Assembly: GCA_030704615.1 (NCBI GenBank)
Contig: CM060733.1
Span: 69,006,001-69,070,000, forward strand
Direction of reading: 5' to 3'
Source: Takakia lepidozioides
Taxonomy: Eukaryota; Plantae; Bryophyta
Length of the DNA stretch: 64,000 nucleotides
This document shows positions 1-13,849 of the stretch, in pieces. The notes under the pieces were generated by a model, which saw only the letters and a program-made list of their open reading frames with translations, was not told the origin of the DNA and did not search any database. The position numbers and the translations under genes were made by a program. Each line of letters opens with the position of its first letter. Positions within the stretch are counted from its first letter, which is position 1.

Positions 1-162
1 ATTGCCCCAAACCTCAGACTGTGGTTGCGCCATGGCATCAACAGTGTCAGCCACATGCACAGCAACCTGCTGTGGAGGTTGTGATATTGCCGCCGTTGTC
101 CCTCCTACTGCTGGCAACTCTTGCACCTCCTGTGATGAAGATTGGAAAATCAAAGTCCTAGC

Positions 163-3075
163 CTACAGATAAGTAGCCATAAGCTGCTCTTCAGGAACTA
201 AAGCTCTGTTGTCAATGTTCGAGCTCAGGTCATCCACTTGAGTCTGCATCCCTTCTACATCATCTTGTAACTCAGCTATTCTACTATAGACATTGTCTAT
301 AGTAGTTGTGGCAATGTTCTGGACCTGCAACCTGAGATCATTCATCTCCCCCTGGGTGAGCTTGCGTGGGGCCTTCCCTTCCACCGGCCCTTGTGTTAAC
401 CATATTTGCATAAGATGATTATCCACCAAGTCTTGCGTAGCACCCCTAAGAACCTGCTCCTCCTTAAGTCTGTACACATCTAACTGTTGTTGTAAACCTC
501 CATGCGCTTTGTATGAGGTTCAACCAGGGCCGCATAGGCAGCAGCCAGATTATTGGCTTCCTTCTAAGCCTTGTTAGCCACAGAAAGTTCATTCTTCTGG
601 CCCGTGAGAGTTTGCTGGAACTCCAAGATGGAAGGTATCCTCATTGCCACGGATAGTAGCCGTCAACTCAGCAATGAATTTCCCTTGCTCCACTGTCTCG
701 GCCTGCCATATCATACACCTCTCTGCTTGTTTGTTAACTTCTGGTGCAGTCTGCTGCAGAGCAGTTGTCATCGTGGCGCATTGGATGGTCATTTTCTGAT
801 GAACTGCTTCCAACTCTGTATGAAGCACCTTTACCTCCTGCAATTTATCCTCATGCGTCATTTGCAACTGGTATAGTTGTTGCTTATGCACTGCATGGAA
901 ATTCCCTACTCCAAACCTGCTTCAATCATATTCCCCTTTGCTAGCTGCAAGGCAGCCTTGGTGTCCTCCAACTCTTTCTGTAACTTGAGGTTGGCCTCCA
1001 CATCTACCTTATTTGCACACTCAGTGGCAATTCTAGCCTCAAACTCCTGCTTGAGTTCCTCCCTCAAAGCTGCCAATTGTGTAGATGGAACATGGGATTT
1101 CACATATAAGTGCCCAACAAATTGAGTGTCATGCTTATGGAACTCATAAGCATGGCTTGATGTGGATCTTCATGGTAAACTTGCTGCTGTTCTCCCTAAT
1201 CCTCCATAATGTGATGTTTCACCAACCATTCAGGCCACGTTCCCATCTTGAACGACCTCATTCCCCACAGGCGCTGCAGTGCCCTAACATTCTACCTCTG
1301 GAACCTCCGCCACAAGTTTGGGTATCACATGCACAGCAGGGATTTCCTTGGTCAAACTCTGTACCTCTGGTACCATTGGTTCCCTGACCAAGCCAGAGTT
1401 TTCATAGAGAAGGTCACCCTTCTCAATTTCTGCCACAACCTGCTCTGTAGTGGAATGTCCAACCCTTCTCCTTCCAGAGCAATAGGCTCTGGTGCAACAA
1501 CATGTACTAACTGAGGGACCTCTGAGACAACCAAGTCAACTAGTTGTGATGGCTGTGGTACCAAAGTGACTTCTTCTTCCCTCTCCAAAGGTCGTGCTTT
1601 CAGTAATAACAGCCCCTGTGTGGCTGTTCCCCATCTTGCACAAGAGCTATGGAAAAATCATCATTTCGCGGTTCCCTTGAAGCTAGTGGATCAGCCACTA
1701 TAGGCGTGTCCCTCTAATGTTTCTTGGACTGGCGCCGCCCTTCCAATCCACCTTCACCATGTGAAGAGCCCTGCTCCTCAACTGCAGTGGTTGCTGCCTC
1801 AAACACTCCCATCTCCTTACGTTCGCGCGCATCAAGTATGCAAGAATCAAGAATAAATTTCGCAATCATGGGGCCAGACACAACGATTGGAGACATAGCA
1901 GCAGTGCCTTGTAACCACTTCATCTCTTCCACCCAAACCATTGTACATTAAATCCGCCCAAGCCACATCTTCCCCCCTCAAGGCTTTCAGTATCTCCTCC
2001 GTGAATGATCTGCTAAGGTATTGTTGGTTCTGTTTCCTGACAAACAGAACGTTCAGAACTTGACCAGCTTTTTTTAACCGTGGGTACTTGGCCTTGGTGC
2101 AAGTGTATCCGTGAGTCTTAAAGAAAGAAACTCCCTTCTTGGAACAAATTGCCTATCTTGCAATCTTGCCCTGTGCTCATCCACATTTACACGGCCTGAT
2201 GGCAATTCAAACAATTGCTGCAATTATTGGGAGTAATCTCTATATCTACTCCCTCATTTGTGTAACTCCCGTCTGAGGTTCAAAGTTCGGAATGAATTGT
2301 ATCATGAACGCCCTATGATGCAAGGACCATTCATTGCGTAGCAGTCCCTCCAATCGCAACTCCTTCCACAGCTGCACTGCCTGAGGTGTAGAAATTGTCT
2401 GCTTCTGCAGGATCGTGGTGATCTTCACCCTGACATCCTCCATTCGCCGAATTCTCTTCATTCCAGACAAACAAGATGGCATTGTTTGAAATAACTCTAA
2501 GAAAGCTTGCAAGGCGTAGAGCATAAAAGTATGGTTGGCACAGAATGGAACAGGTAAGTGCGTGTAAGCCTGTGGGGCTTGCAAGTATCGAGTGAGAGAG
2601 AATGTACTCTCAACCCGTCCGTCTTGCGCCACTGCATAAGAAGTTAAAGCGAGCGTATAATCTGTAATATCCGCCATAGCTAAAAAGCTATAGCTTGATT
2701 GCCCCTCCCGTCGAGACGCTGGTTATTCGGAGTCACCCCGACTCTTCCGCTCATAACTTTTCTAATTTCTTGGAAGGAACTACCTGCATGAAATTCGGCT
2801 CCTGATTGGCTGTTGCCTCCTTGGGTAATTCTTAATTTTACCCCCTTCAGTGGACATTCCCACCTGGAATGGCCACTAGGACCACACATGTGGCAAAAGT
2901 CCCCATTTTCTGTACTCGTGAAGGGTTCCGTTACTTTTACCCTGAATGCATTAATGGGCCCACAAATAGTTTTGGCTGCTGTACCGGTTAGGTACTTTGA
3001 CGGCCCAGCTTGTCCTCTTGCATGATGACACTCACTTTTGCAATATATGCACCCGCGGTGTGCTTCGGCCTAGTG
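163..3075 (-). pseudogene. Degenerate extra ORFs downstream of integrase (zinc-knuckle ORF, 143-aa ORF, coiled-coil-rich ORF fragments)
   Basis: Same-strand ORF fragments 163-477, 589-891, 906-1103, 1352-1588, 1714-1941, 2246-2677; frame ending at 2680 reads CIYCKSECHH...CHMCGPSGHSRWEC. Confidence 0.6.
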
Positions 3076-3262
3076 GCCACGTGTTCGTTGTTAGACATGC
3101 CTCCGTCTTCCCCTGTCCGCGTGGCACATTCTCCGAGTTTGACTTCCAAGCTGTCTTTCACCCGCCGGCCACTTTCTGACGTTAAACCGCATCCACTTGT
3201 CACTAACCCTATGGACTGTGCAACCCGCGTGGGCTGTGACAGGCTGTGTCAGATGTGACGAG

Positions 3263-4750
3263 CTATGATAGACGACACTGTGGTGGGCTGTGATAGACTG
3301 TGTTACATTGTGGTGGGCTGTGATAGCTATGCGAACACCTGTACCTTCCGCCCTGGCCATACACACTCGGCTTAATGACAAGTGCTCCATACTCCGTTGG
3401 TATCACCGGTGCATCTCGTGACTGTTTCTGTGTTTCAACATGCAAATCGTGCCGCAATGGTTTGTCATGGATACCACTGTATCCCTTCAACTTATTGGCA
3501 TTGACTCTTCCCAGCATATCTTTGTTAATGGTTTGTAACATGGCTGTGTTGTTATCATACATCTTCTGTATGACATAAGGTCCTTTCCATGGTGATTTAA
3601 GCTTAGAAGCTTTAATCTTTCCCTTCTTCTGCAACCACAGTACCAAATCTCTCGTCTTAAAAGTCTTTAATTTACCTTCATCAAACTGATCCTTCCTCCT
3701 CATCTGAATTCTGGTCATGTTATCTACTGCATCAGCACGTACTTCTTCCACATGGTATAATTCATGTTTCCTGACCTTAATTGAATCTTCCAATTCCATT
3801 CTCCTTCCCCATTCAGTTCTCATGGTAGGTAACAGGAACTCCACTGGAAGTAAAGCTTCCATACCATAAACTAATTGGAATGGTGTATACTTAGTGGTGA
3901 CTTTATATGAAGTCCTGTATGACCACAAAGCTGTCAGCAACTTTGTATCCCAATCTGTTCTATTTGCATTGACTATCTTAGCCAAGATAGTACATAATAT
4001 TTTGTTGGTGGCCTCTGCCTGCCCATTACCCTGTGGATAATAGGTTGTACTCTTCCTATGCACAATCATGAACTCTTTAGTCAATAGTTCTATGGTCTCA
4101 TTAATGAAGTGACTTCCCTGGTCACTGATAAATTCCAGGGGACAACCAAATCTTGTAAGTATGTTCTCATACAGGAACCTTGCTGTAGACTTAGCTGTGT
4201 TGTCCCTCAGAGCTTTAGCTTCCACCCACTTTGTAGTATAATCAGTGGCTGTGATTATATACTTGTTCTGTGTATTTCTGGCTGGTGGGTTAATTGGTCC
4301 AACAAAGTCTAGTCCCCATTTCTGAAATGGTTCAGTAGGCATCGTAGGATGCAAAGCCATCTTCCCAGATCTTTGCAATGGTCCTAGCCTCTGACACTCA
4401 TCACAACTCTTGCATTATTTGTGTACATCCTTGAACAAAGTAGGCCACCAGTAACCTGCAAGTAGTATCTTTCTACTGGTAGTCTCTTCTCCAAAATGAC
4501 CTCCAGCCACTCCTTTATGAACTTCCTCCAAAACTTTATTTACTTCATGGTGGTACAAGCATCGTTTCAGAACTCCATCAGGTCCTAGCTTATACATTCT
4601 GCTGCCTATCATAGTGTAAGGTAAAGCCTTGATAGCTATTCTCTTTCTCTGCTCTTTCCCATAACTAGGTGGGCACTGACCATGAGTAAGGTAGTATCTG
4701 ATTGGCCACTGCCAATCTAACCAATCATCTGCACTTTCCTGCACCTCCAC
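3263..4750 (-). pseudogene. Retrotransposon integrase (HHCC zinc-binding + rve core), disrupted
   Basis: VHKGVAGGHFG...YWWPTLFKD; WGLDFVGP, ATDYTTKWVEA, ISDQGSHF, YYPQGNGQAE. Confidence 0.95.
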
Positions 4751-4782
4751 TGCAAATAAACTCGCATCAGGTAGTTGGTCGT

Positions 4783-6338
4783 CTACTCCGTGGCGGGCTC
4801 TCCTGTTGCTAGGCGTGACAAGTGATCTGCCACAAGATGCAAACGGCCAGGCTTGTAAACAACTTCGAACTCAAACTTGTGCAAGATTATAAACCATCTT
4901 TCTATCCTGCCACTTATCAAAGGCTTGTTCACCAAATAAATCAGAGCCTGATGATCCACATAAAACATAAACTTCCTTCCCAATAGGTAATGCCTAAATT
5001 TCTTGACTGCATAAATCATTGCCAATGCTTTTCTTTCAGTTGTGCTAGAGTTCCTTTCAACACTGTTCATCAACCTGCTAGCATAGTACACAAGTGAATC
5101 TATGTTTCCTGTAACATTTTGGGCTAACACTGCTCCCAATGCTTCTCCTGAGGCATCACAGTGAACATGAAATACTACATGCCAGTGAGGGTTAATCAGC
5201 ACAGGTGTAGTTGTTACTGACAATGTAAGTTCCTCAAAAACCTGTTGACATTCAGCTGTCCATGCAAACACTGCATCTTTCTTCAGAAGCTTGCTCAATG
5301 GTGCTGCTATTTGTGCATACCGTCTGACAAATCTTCTGTAATAACTGGTTTGTCCAAGGAATCTCCTTAGACTCCTAACATTTCCTGGTGGCGGAGAGGC
5401 TTTAATAGCCTCTGTCTTTCTGGGATCCACAAGCAGTCCCTTCTTACACACAATGTGTCCCAAAAGTACCCCTGAGTTCACACAGAAATTACACTTTTCT
5501 GGATTCATGCCCAAACCTCTCATCCTGCATCTGGCCAAACATAACTCCAATTTATGCAAGTGCTCATTCTTAGAACTGTACACAGTGAAGTCATCTAAGA
5601 ACACCTGCATGAAATCATCTAGATACTCATGGAAAGATTCATTATCACTTTCTGAAAAGTTGCTAGTGCATTACAAAGTCCAAAAGGCATGACTTTGTAT
5701 GCATAGGCACCCCAGTCTGTGATGAAAGCTGTCTTTCCCTGGTCTTCTTCTGCCACTTGCACTTGGTTATACCCATTGAAGCCATCCATGAATGAGTACA
5801 TCTCATGGCCTGCCACAGTGTCCAGCACTGCTTCTGTGAATGACAAAGGGAAGGGATATTTCTTTGTACAAGCATTCAACTTCTTATAGTTCACACAAAC
5901 TCTCAGTTTACCATTCTTTTTGGGAACTATCACAATGGGTGACAACCATGTTGTATACTCTATCGGGTATATGAACTTAGCCTCAGCCAACTTCTTGATC
6001 TCTTCCCCAACCTTCTGTGCATAGTTGGGATTCATTCTGTACCTTGCCTGTTTGATTGGTACTGACCCTGGTTCCAATTCAATCTTATGCTGACAGATCT
6101 CAGGTGGTATCCCTTTCAGATCCTCATAGCTCCAAGCAAATACATCTCTGTATTTGATGAACAGACTCTTAGCTTCCTCAAAGAATTCTGGCTCCAAGTC
6201 AGCCCCTACTTTCACCATTCTCGGTTCCTCCTCAGTTCCCACATTCACTTCTCTCACTTGCTCATCAGCTGTGATTGTCCAACCAGTCACTATTTCATCC
6301 TGTAAACTCACAGTGGCTGGTTCTTCTAGGATTTCCAT
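4783..6338 (-). pseudogene. Reverse transcriptase + RNase H, disrupted
   Basis: SPIVIVPKKNGKLRVCV, VMPFGLCNA, VFLDDFTVYS, HCDASGEALGAVLAQ, FYVDHQAL, ADHLSR. Confidence 0.95.
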
Positions 6339-6527
6339 TTCTCCCTCTCTTTCTTCATAGAAATGTGGTGGGTAACTGCTTGTTTCACCCTCAATTGGTT
6401 GTTGTTACTACACCACAACAGATACCTTTTAAAACAACTTAGGCCTTCCAGTTGCATTTCTGCAACCTGCTCCCATTCTGGGTGTGCAGCGACAGGGTAG
6501 CTTCCTGCTCCTCATCAAGTCATTTCC

Positions 6528-7439
6528 TCAGTCATACTCTCTGACTCCTCGAGGTCTTCTCGTAGCAGGTAGTCTACTAGATTTCTTAGTGGTGATTTGT
6601 ATCTTGCGCTTCCCATCATGCACAGTTAGCAACTGGGAATTCCAGTCATGGAATACCCTGGCCTGTTTCAGCCATGGTCGACCCAGCAATAAGGAGTAAG
6701 CTTCCATGACATCATCCATTTTCAATACAGTCACTGTGATCTTAAAGATCATCTTTTGAATCTGTATCTTAACTCCTCTTATCAAGCCTAATGGCTGAAC
6801 ACTTCTTTGATCTGCCATTATTACTGTGAATGGGGCTGGTTTCATGTTACTTAGACCAAGCTTCTGCCTTAATTGGTCTGTCATAATATTCACTCCAGAG
6901 CCTCCATCTATCAGTACATCAGTCAGGTCCGTACTTCCAATTCTCAATTGGATTACTGGCATAGAATCATCAAAGTCCATGACTGTTTCTCGCCCTTCCG
7001 GCTTCACATTATAACTAGTCACCTTGCTATTCATGCCTGTGTTCTCTGTCACATGGGCAATCTGATTGATTGCTTGATACAGCCTGTGCCTACAATGAGG
7101 TGCCACAGCCAATAACTGTCCAATGATAATCTCTGCTTTGGACTGGCATATTACTTCAGCCAAAGTCCCTTCATTACCCTGCACTTGTGCAACTTCTTTC
7201 TTCACTTCATCTTCACTCACCTCATCTTCTCTTTTAGAATCAGAGGAATCTGCCATAGGGATATCAGTACTCTTCTGCATTTCCCTTATGGTATCAGCCA
7301 CTTCCTTGTGCAGTTCCTTCTCATCTCTCCAAGCCTCATCATCTTCAGGCACATCACTGCCATCTTCATTATCATCATCTTCCTCATCTACTGGAGGTAT
7401 TAGTTTAGCTTTGCTTCTAGTTACTATCATCGTACTCAC
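6528..7439 (-). pseudogene. Retroviral-type aspartic protease region
   Basis: VLIDGGSGVNIM catalytic motif and LLLGRPWL. Confidence 0.9.
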
Positions 7440-7559
7440 TTCTGGTACAAAACTGCCACCACTGGGCCCTCATTCACATGAGCTCTCATCTCATTCTGGT
7501 GTCTGATCCAAAATGGACAGGCTGCCTTGCGATGTCCTACCTGATTACAATAGTAACAC

Positions 7560-8616
7560 AGTTCTTCACCATTCGGTCCTCGCCCTTGATCTGCTTTGGG
7601 ATTATTTCTATAATCCTGATTCCCTGGCTGATAATTCCCCCTCGGATTACCCTGATAGTTGCCCCTGGGATTGCCTTAGTAATTCCCTCTTGGATTACCT
7701 CTCCCTTCCATACCATTGTTATAACCACCAGACCTACCATAGTGGTCCTGATCATTGTTTCTTCTTGGCTGGGGCTGCACTTGATGCACCCTTACTTACC
7801 TAGGTTCTCTTGCAGCCATCCTTCTGTTGTAATAACAATTCTCAGTAGAATGGTTATCCATCTTACAGATAGTATAGTGTTTCTCCTTCATGTGGCATTC
7901 AGCTGTGGTATGGCCTTCATTCTGGCATTTTGCACACCAAACACCCTTCCTCCAATCTGTTGCAGCCTCTGTGGCATACTTCTTCAAAATCTCTTCCAAT
8001 CTTTTCTCACAGTTATCCCTCTTCAACTTTTCTTTCTTCTTACTCTTCCTCTTGAGCTCTTGCTCTTCTTCCTCATATGACTCCTCCTCAGAGTCCTCAT
8101 CATCCCTTTTCTCTCTCCTGAGCATTCCCAATTGCTCAATTCTGTAAGCTGTTTCAAATGCCTCCTCCACTGTATTATGGGGTAGCATATCCACTTTCTT
8201 TTGCAACTCTGGTCTTAGTCCACTCACAAACCAAGTCTTCTGTAACCCTGGTGCTGGTACAGCAGCCAGTTTTTTCATCATTTATTCCATCTTTTCCATG
8301 TACTCTTCAACAGTTTCATGCTTTTTTTGCTTAACTGTTGTACACTTCCATACACTTCGTCCTCAGTTTTGCTTGTCCTGAACCTATTCCGGAATGTTGT
8401 ACTAAGGCCATTCCAGGTCAAGAAATGATTATCAAGGAATCTTGCATACCATTCACTTGCTTTCTTAATAAGTGAACATGGAAACAGTCTCATCTTGGCA
8501 TCATCGCCATTTTCATTGTTCACAATACACATGTGGTCAAATTGGCTGATGTGTACATCAGGATCCCTTTTCCTGCATATATTAGGTGGTTTTGCCCGTG
8601 TTGGTTGTACCGCCAT
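7560..8616 (-). pseudogene. Gag (retrotransposon gag + CCHC knuckles), frameshifted
   Basis: RLFPCSLIKKASEWY, WFVSGLRPELQ, CAKCQNEGHTTAEC, ICKMDNHSTENC. Confidence 0.85.
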
Positions 8617-9284
8617 TTGTGGCCCTACACCCTGCCCACTGACAGGTGCTGGTCACCCTGCTGGTGCTGGTCCTTGAGGACCTGTTGTAGTAGTGGTGGA
8701 ACTCCCACCAAGTGCTGGCCCCTGAGCACTCCCTGCTACTAGCCCCACTATATTCACAGTATTCCCAGCTCCAGTTGCACTACTTCCCACACTCTCTGTC
8801 CCCCAGAGCCAGATCCAGGCTGCCCGCCTGATCCCCCTGAGCCGACACCTTTGTTGGCCTGTGATCCAAGTGCTTCACTTGATCCAGGTCCAACAAGTTG
8901 GGATGTCCTGGTCGTAGTCTCAACCTCAACTGTTGGGTCTACTTCTTCATACTCTTCATCTTCCAATTTTCTCTCTGTTTTCATCTTCCAAGTTCTGCTC
9001 TTGGGTTTCTTCCTCTTCACTCATGTAACTCAATTGCAATGGTGTTGGAGAGTCTGAACTCTCCGTTGGCTCTGCCACATCTTCCCCTCCTTCTTTGTCT
9101 TCCGTTTCAGAAACTGGAGTTCCTGCTTTTGGTGTTCCATGCCAACTCTTATCAAAGATTTCTGTCAAATCTTTTATCCAGGGATGTACCTCAGATCTCT
9201 CCCCTCTTGGCTGATCTTCTTCTTGTACCAATTCCCTCAATCTTTCTTGCTGTTCTTTCTTGCTGTTCTCCCTCAACTACATGC

Positions 9285-10045
9285 AAGCTGTGTCAAGCTG
9301 TGATAGACTGTGACGGGTTGTGACTGGTTGTGACTGGCTCTGTAAGCCTGTCTACCCCCCCCCCCCTCCTAAAGCCTACGCCTGTCATCCCTAAGGCCTC
9401 TGTCGGTCTAAGTCTACCATCCATAAGTCTGCGCATAAATTAAGGGTACCCCACAGAACCCGTAAAAACGTCTAAGTCCCAAACAGCCCTCTAACACTTA
9501 GTATTGTTTATAGTACTAAGGTACTGTTCAAGTTACATGTATAGTATGTGTAGGGTATGCCTAGTACTAATATGCATAGGGTATGCCTAGTAATTGCCTA
9601 GTACTTTGTATACCCTGTCATAGTATAAGTACTGAAAATAGGTTCATGTACTTACATATATATGCTTAGGTACTTAGTACTTAGGTAGTTGAGTGCTGTA
9701 AGTACTGTGCTCACATACTCATGTACATGTGAAGAACTTAATAGACCTTACTACAGTACTTTCTGTCCCTTGTCATAATACAAGAACAGTAAATACTGTC
9801 TAAACACGTTGTTAGAGGGCTGCTTGGGACTTAGACGCTTTTACGGGTTCTGTGGGGTACCCTTAATTTTTGCGCAGACTGAGACCAACAGGAACCTTAG
9901 AGGTGGCAGCAGCAGGCTTTAGGGGGGTTACACAGCCAACACAGCCCGACACAGTCCGTCATAGCCAGTCACAGCCGCCACAGCTTCGCACAGCCCGACA
10001 CAGCCAGTCACAGCTCAGCACAGCTTGACACAGCCTGTCACAGTA
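9285..10045. repeat. Long imperfect inverted repeat (foldback) in the retrotransposon 5' leader
   Basis: 9426-9496 AGTCTGCGCATAAATTAAGGGTACCCCACAGAACCCG...CTCTAACA is the near-exact reverse complement of 9810-9880; outer arms are ~10-bp CTGTGAC/GTCACAG tandem units. Confidence 0.9.
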
Positions 10046-10958
10046 CATGGGGAACAGTTATCATTGGCAGGGAACGACTGTGAGGGAATGACATCTACAG
10101 AATGAACGTGTTACTACAGGGATGACGGTTAATTAGTTAGGTGGTTAGAACAGCTTGCGGGCAGATAAGGGGAGCGGCAACGGAAAGAGGGGACACTTCA
10201 CGGGGAGCGTTTCTGGGTGATGGGAAGAGGAGATCAGGCGGAGAGCAAGAACGAGAGCAGAAAGAAGGAGAAAAGATGAACAGTAGATGATTATTACATG
10301 CAGAGCTGTAGTGATACTGTAGGGCGGATTAGAGTCACCTTGACATTGGCCTAGTACTTGATAAATCATAATTTGATACTTATTCGATACAAGCACACTG
10401 TGTAGAGAGACATGAGGGAAGCTGTGAAATGAATGCATGATAAACTGGAACTAAGTAGATACTGAAGCAATCTGATGCTTCAGTATCAGATAAGGTAAAT
10501 TGATAACATGAAGGCAAGAAAGAATACAAATGGGAAGCACAACCATGATTCACTAGCTGCAGGTCATGACTGATTGTACTGAGCGGGCTGAGTGCTTAGA
10601 GATATCCAACTCTTCTATCTTGGAGTTTCCACCTCGGATAGCGAAGGGATGGGTGAGTAAAAGCCGCTCAATACACGTACATATGTACGTACTAGTACAT
10701 ACAGTCCAGTTGCAAGTTTTAATTTGCAGGAGTTGTAATGTTTATATATATAACATTGTTGTCTCTGCATTTACATTGCCTTCATTGTCATTCAAGGTAA
10801 CGGAATAGTGTGACTAAAGTGTTGGGTATAGGTAGTTATATTAAGTAAGTATTGTTGGTTTTTTTCCAGTACCTTGATACAATTCGAGTACTTCATTATG
10901 GTACATGTGGTATATTAATGTAACGTTGAATAATGCTGAAAACTAAGTTGATCATTGC

Positions 10959-11200
10959 ATGTGTATGCAGACAACGTTCTTCTTGCGATTCAAGACAAAG
11001 TTTCCAGATGTTAAGATTGGACAGCGTGTATTTGAAAAAATGATTTTTTTTTTTGTTCGCCGGCTGAAGGATCGCAATATTTGTTGTTGCAAGTACCACG
11101 TGGAGATGGAGGAACTAAGAGTGGGTTTCAACAATATGCGGTCTCGTTCAAAAGATGTTCATCCTACTTGCTTTTGTGATTGCCTCACTATCGGTTGGTG
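10959..11200 (+). pseudogene. DNA-transposon transposase-like fragment (superfamily uncertain)
   Basis: FKTKFPDVKIGQRVFEKM..FFVRRLKDRNICCCKYHVEM resembles the FK..P..KI...F.....R..CxC..H segment of cut-and-paste transposases. Confidence 0.45.
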
Positions 11201-11329
11201 TGCCAGCGGCTGTCTTGCCCATGCGTGCCCTAGTGCCTTGGCCCGGCCTTGCAACTCCATTCACCCAATTCCGTTTATTTGTCATGATGCAGAATACGCA
11301 TGAACCACACTTGAACTCACCACGAAGTA

Positions 11330-11697
11330 TACTAGTTGTCATTTTGAACACTGCCCTAGTGGACATGTATGCCAAATGTTGGTGCAGCAAGCCTGATGCG
11401 GATGGAGAGTTCGACAACTGGCTAAATGAGATGTGGTGTTGTGGAGTGCCATGATTGCAAGGTATGTGCAACATGGGTGTGGGAGTAAGGGCGCTTTAAT
11501 GGAAACCTAAGAGCAAATGATGTGGGAAAGGATGAAGCCAGACCAGGTCATGTTCTTTTGTGTTTGTAATATGCATATGCGAGCCTAGCAGCCCTGGGAA
11601 GGCGCTGCCAAGAGGTTCATGGTGACATCATTAAAGCTGGAATTGTACTTGATGTCGTTCTGAACATTCCGCTGGTGTACATGTATGTCAAATGTAA
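11330..11697 (+). pseudogene. PLS-class PPR gene fragment
   Basis: VILNTALVDMYAKC, EMWCCGVP (frameshifted DVVxW segment), EVHGDIIKAGIVLDVVLN. Confidence 0.8.
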
Positions 11698-13849
11698 AGG
11701 GGAGAGAGTATCAAAGGAGATGGAGCTAGGTGACAGATCACTCATCAGCTATTAGGGTAGAAGCGCGACAAGAGTCGGAAGAGAGAGAGTAAACAGTGTC
11801 CAGAAATGAGGAGCATGCTGCTGAGGAATCAAGCAGGCGAAATCTCAATAAGTGGGCAACTTTTGCAAGCAATGATGTGCTGTTAATTATTGAGTTGCCC
11901 TGCTGTTTTGTAGTCAATCTGTAGACAACTGAAGTAATTTGGAAGCTTTCACAGTTTTGTTTGCAGCTTCCCTGCCAGAGTTGCCGGTCAACTCCTTGGT
12001 TGACCTCCAGCCCAAAGGCGCCTAAGGCGCCGGCAATTTAGTGCTGGGCTCTGCCTTTTTTGGTAGCTCTCTACAAAATAGCTTAACCACTTATAAAGCT
12101 AGTTAGCATTGCCTCCCATGGTCCTCTATGGCCAGGGGGCTTATGAACATAGATATGAACTTAATAATCTGGAAATTTTGGCGATAGCTTCGCCATCTCA
12201 TGCAATATGGCCGTCGCCACTAAGCTAGAAAGGTAAATTTGACAAGAGTTTCGCCACTTCATCCAAGCTCGCCCTCTCCTTAAACATAATAATGGACATC
12301 TACCCTCACTTCCATGACGTAATTGGGTTAGATTCCTAAGGCCCTGTCTCCTGGGGCTTCACACTAGTGCTCTTCACACATGTACATAGAGATGCACACA
12401 CATCCTCTTTGAAAGAGGATTAGTTTTTATAGATTTTTAGCAAACAATACTTATAAGGTCATTTCTTGGAACAAGCTTGAACATCAAATGAATTCAAAGG
12501 TCAAGATAGTAGGGTAAGTCACCCTCTGAAACAAGTGGTGCTTGGGATGCATTAAATCGCTCGGTAGAATGGTACTCAAGCCTGGTCCTCCTCCGGTACT
12601 CCTACTCGTCCTCAAGTCTCCTACTTCATGGAGTGCTTCCTCTACTTCTTGCCTCAAATGGCCACAAGGCCTTGAGCTAGGACTATCCTGCTCTCACTAT
12701 GCTTGATTCTAATACTAGAGAGCCACAAGCTCAACCCTCTAGGAACTAGCTCCCCCAAGCTCAAAACTAACTACACAAGCAAGAGGCCAAAACAAGGAAA
12801 TGAGACTAGATTGAAGAACAAGAGGAGCCTGCTCTTCTTTTATTGTGTTTTTGGGGCCTCTTAAACTAGTGAAGGATAGTTTTAAACTATAATTTCCTAC
12901 ATGAATCTATAATTCAAAAACGATAGAACACCATAAAATAATAACCATGGATGGAAAACCTTGGTGTTAATGATAAATCTGGTTTTTCATCCATCCAATG
13001 GATGACCAGTTGGCGCTAGGTTGTCTTCTCATCCCTCCAGCTTACAGGTCGAATTTCCAGTTTTCATCCATTGGATGAACTAGAATTCCATTTAATCGCC
13101 TTTCGCAACTACCTCCGGCGTGATAATTTGATGTCGTCTCTCATCACCTCCAAAAATCCTCAAACTTGGTGACAAATAATAATTAGATGGCTTGTAGCTG
13201 CTCGTAAAATCTCAAGGGAATCAGGGAAGAAAAGCCACACCTTTGGTTGGTTTCCATGGTTTCGCCATACAGGCAGTCTGCCGCTTCCTGGTAGTAAAAT
13301 TACTGGTGGTGCCCCTAGGGGAGATCCACCTTACTCGTAACCAACATCGCATCCACTTCTAACAACTAAGAGCTCCACAGTGCTCCCTGCATTACAACCT
13401 GGTTTATCTCATTTTCAAGCAAAAACCACCAGTGCTACAACTAACTCGTATCTGGCACTCACAGATACGAGCTCATCTTTCTCGAGTGATAAAGAAGAAG
13501 AATACACACAAGCTCATAGGAGCTCATAAAGCCGAAGCATAAACTCATGCATAAACTCATGCATATATAAAATCATCACACAAATACAAGTCAAGCCAAG
13601 GGCACCCCACGCCATGGGGAATCCACAGTATGGCACCATAGCTAGGCGCGGTGAGGCTCAACTCGAGAAAGATGAGCCTCCCCGCGCTTGCCGTGAAGAT
13701 AACCACTCCAGGGCCTAAATCCGCCTTGACCCCTGGATTGACACTTGGGCCAATCCCAAATGTCAATATACAAAAGCTAGCTATTTCCTAGCTAGCTTCA
13801 CACTAGTGGTGAAATAACTTGACAGAGAGGATATTATCACTAGCATCGT

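Larger units (their letters stand above)
1..10600 (-). mobile_element. Decayed Ty3/Gypsy LTR retrotransposon (non-chromovirus, Athila/Tat-like organisation) with extra 3' ORFs; runs off the left edge
   Basis: Minus-strand order gag-PR-RT-RNaseH-INT; multiple stops and frameshifts; no chromodomain seen; LTR boundaries not resolved. Confidence 0.9.

Noticed and set aside
7478-8080. 200-aa hydrophobic plus-strand ORF
   Set aside because: Antisense shadow of the purine-rich gag
10175-10185. Possible tRNA-Glu/Asp-type PBS (TTCCGTTGCCG on the minus strand) for the first Gypsy
   Set aside because: Lacks the TGG start and an adjacent LTR CA end; too weak to call
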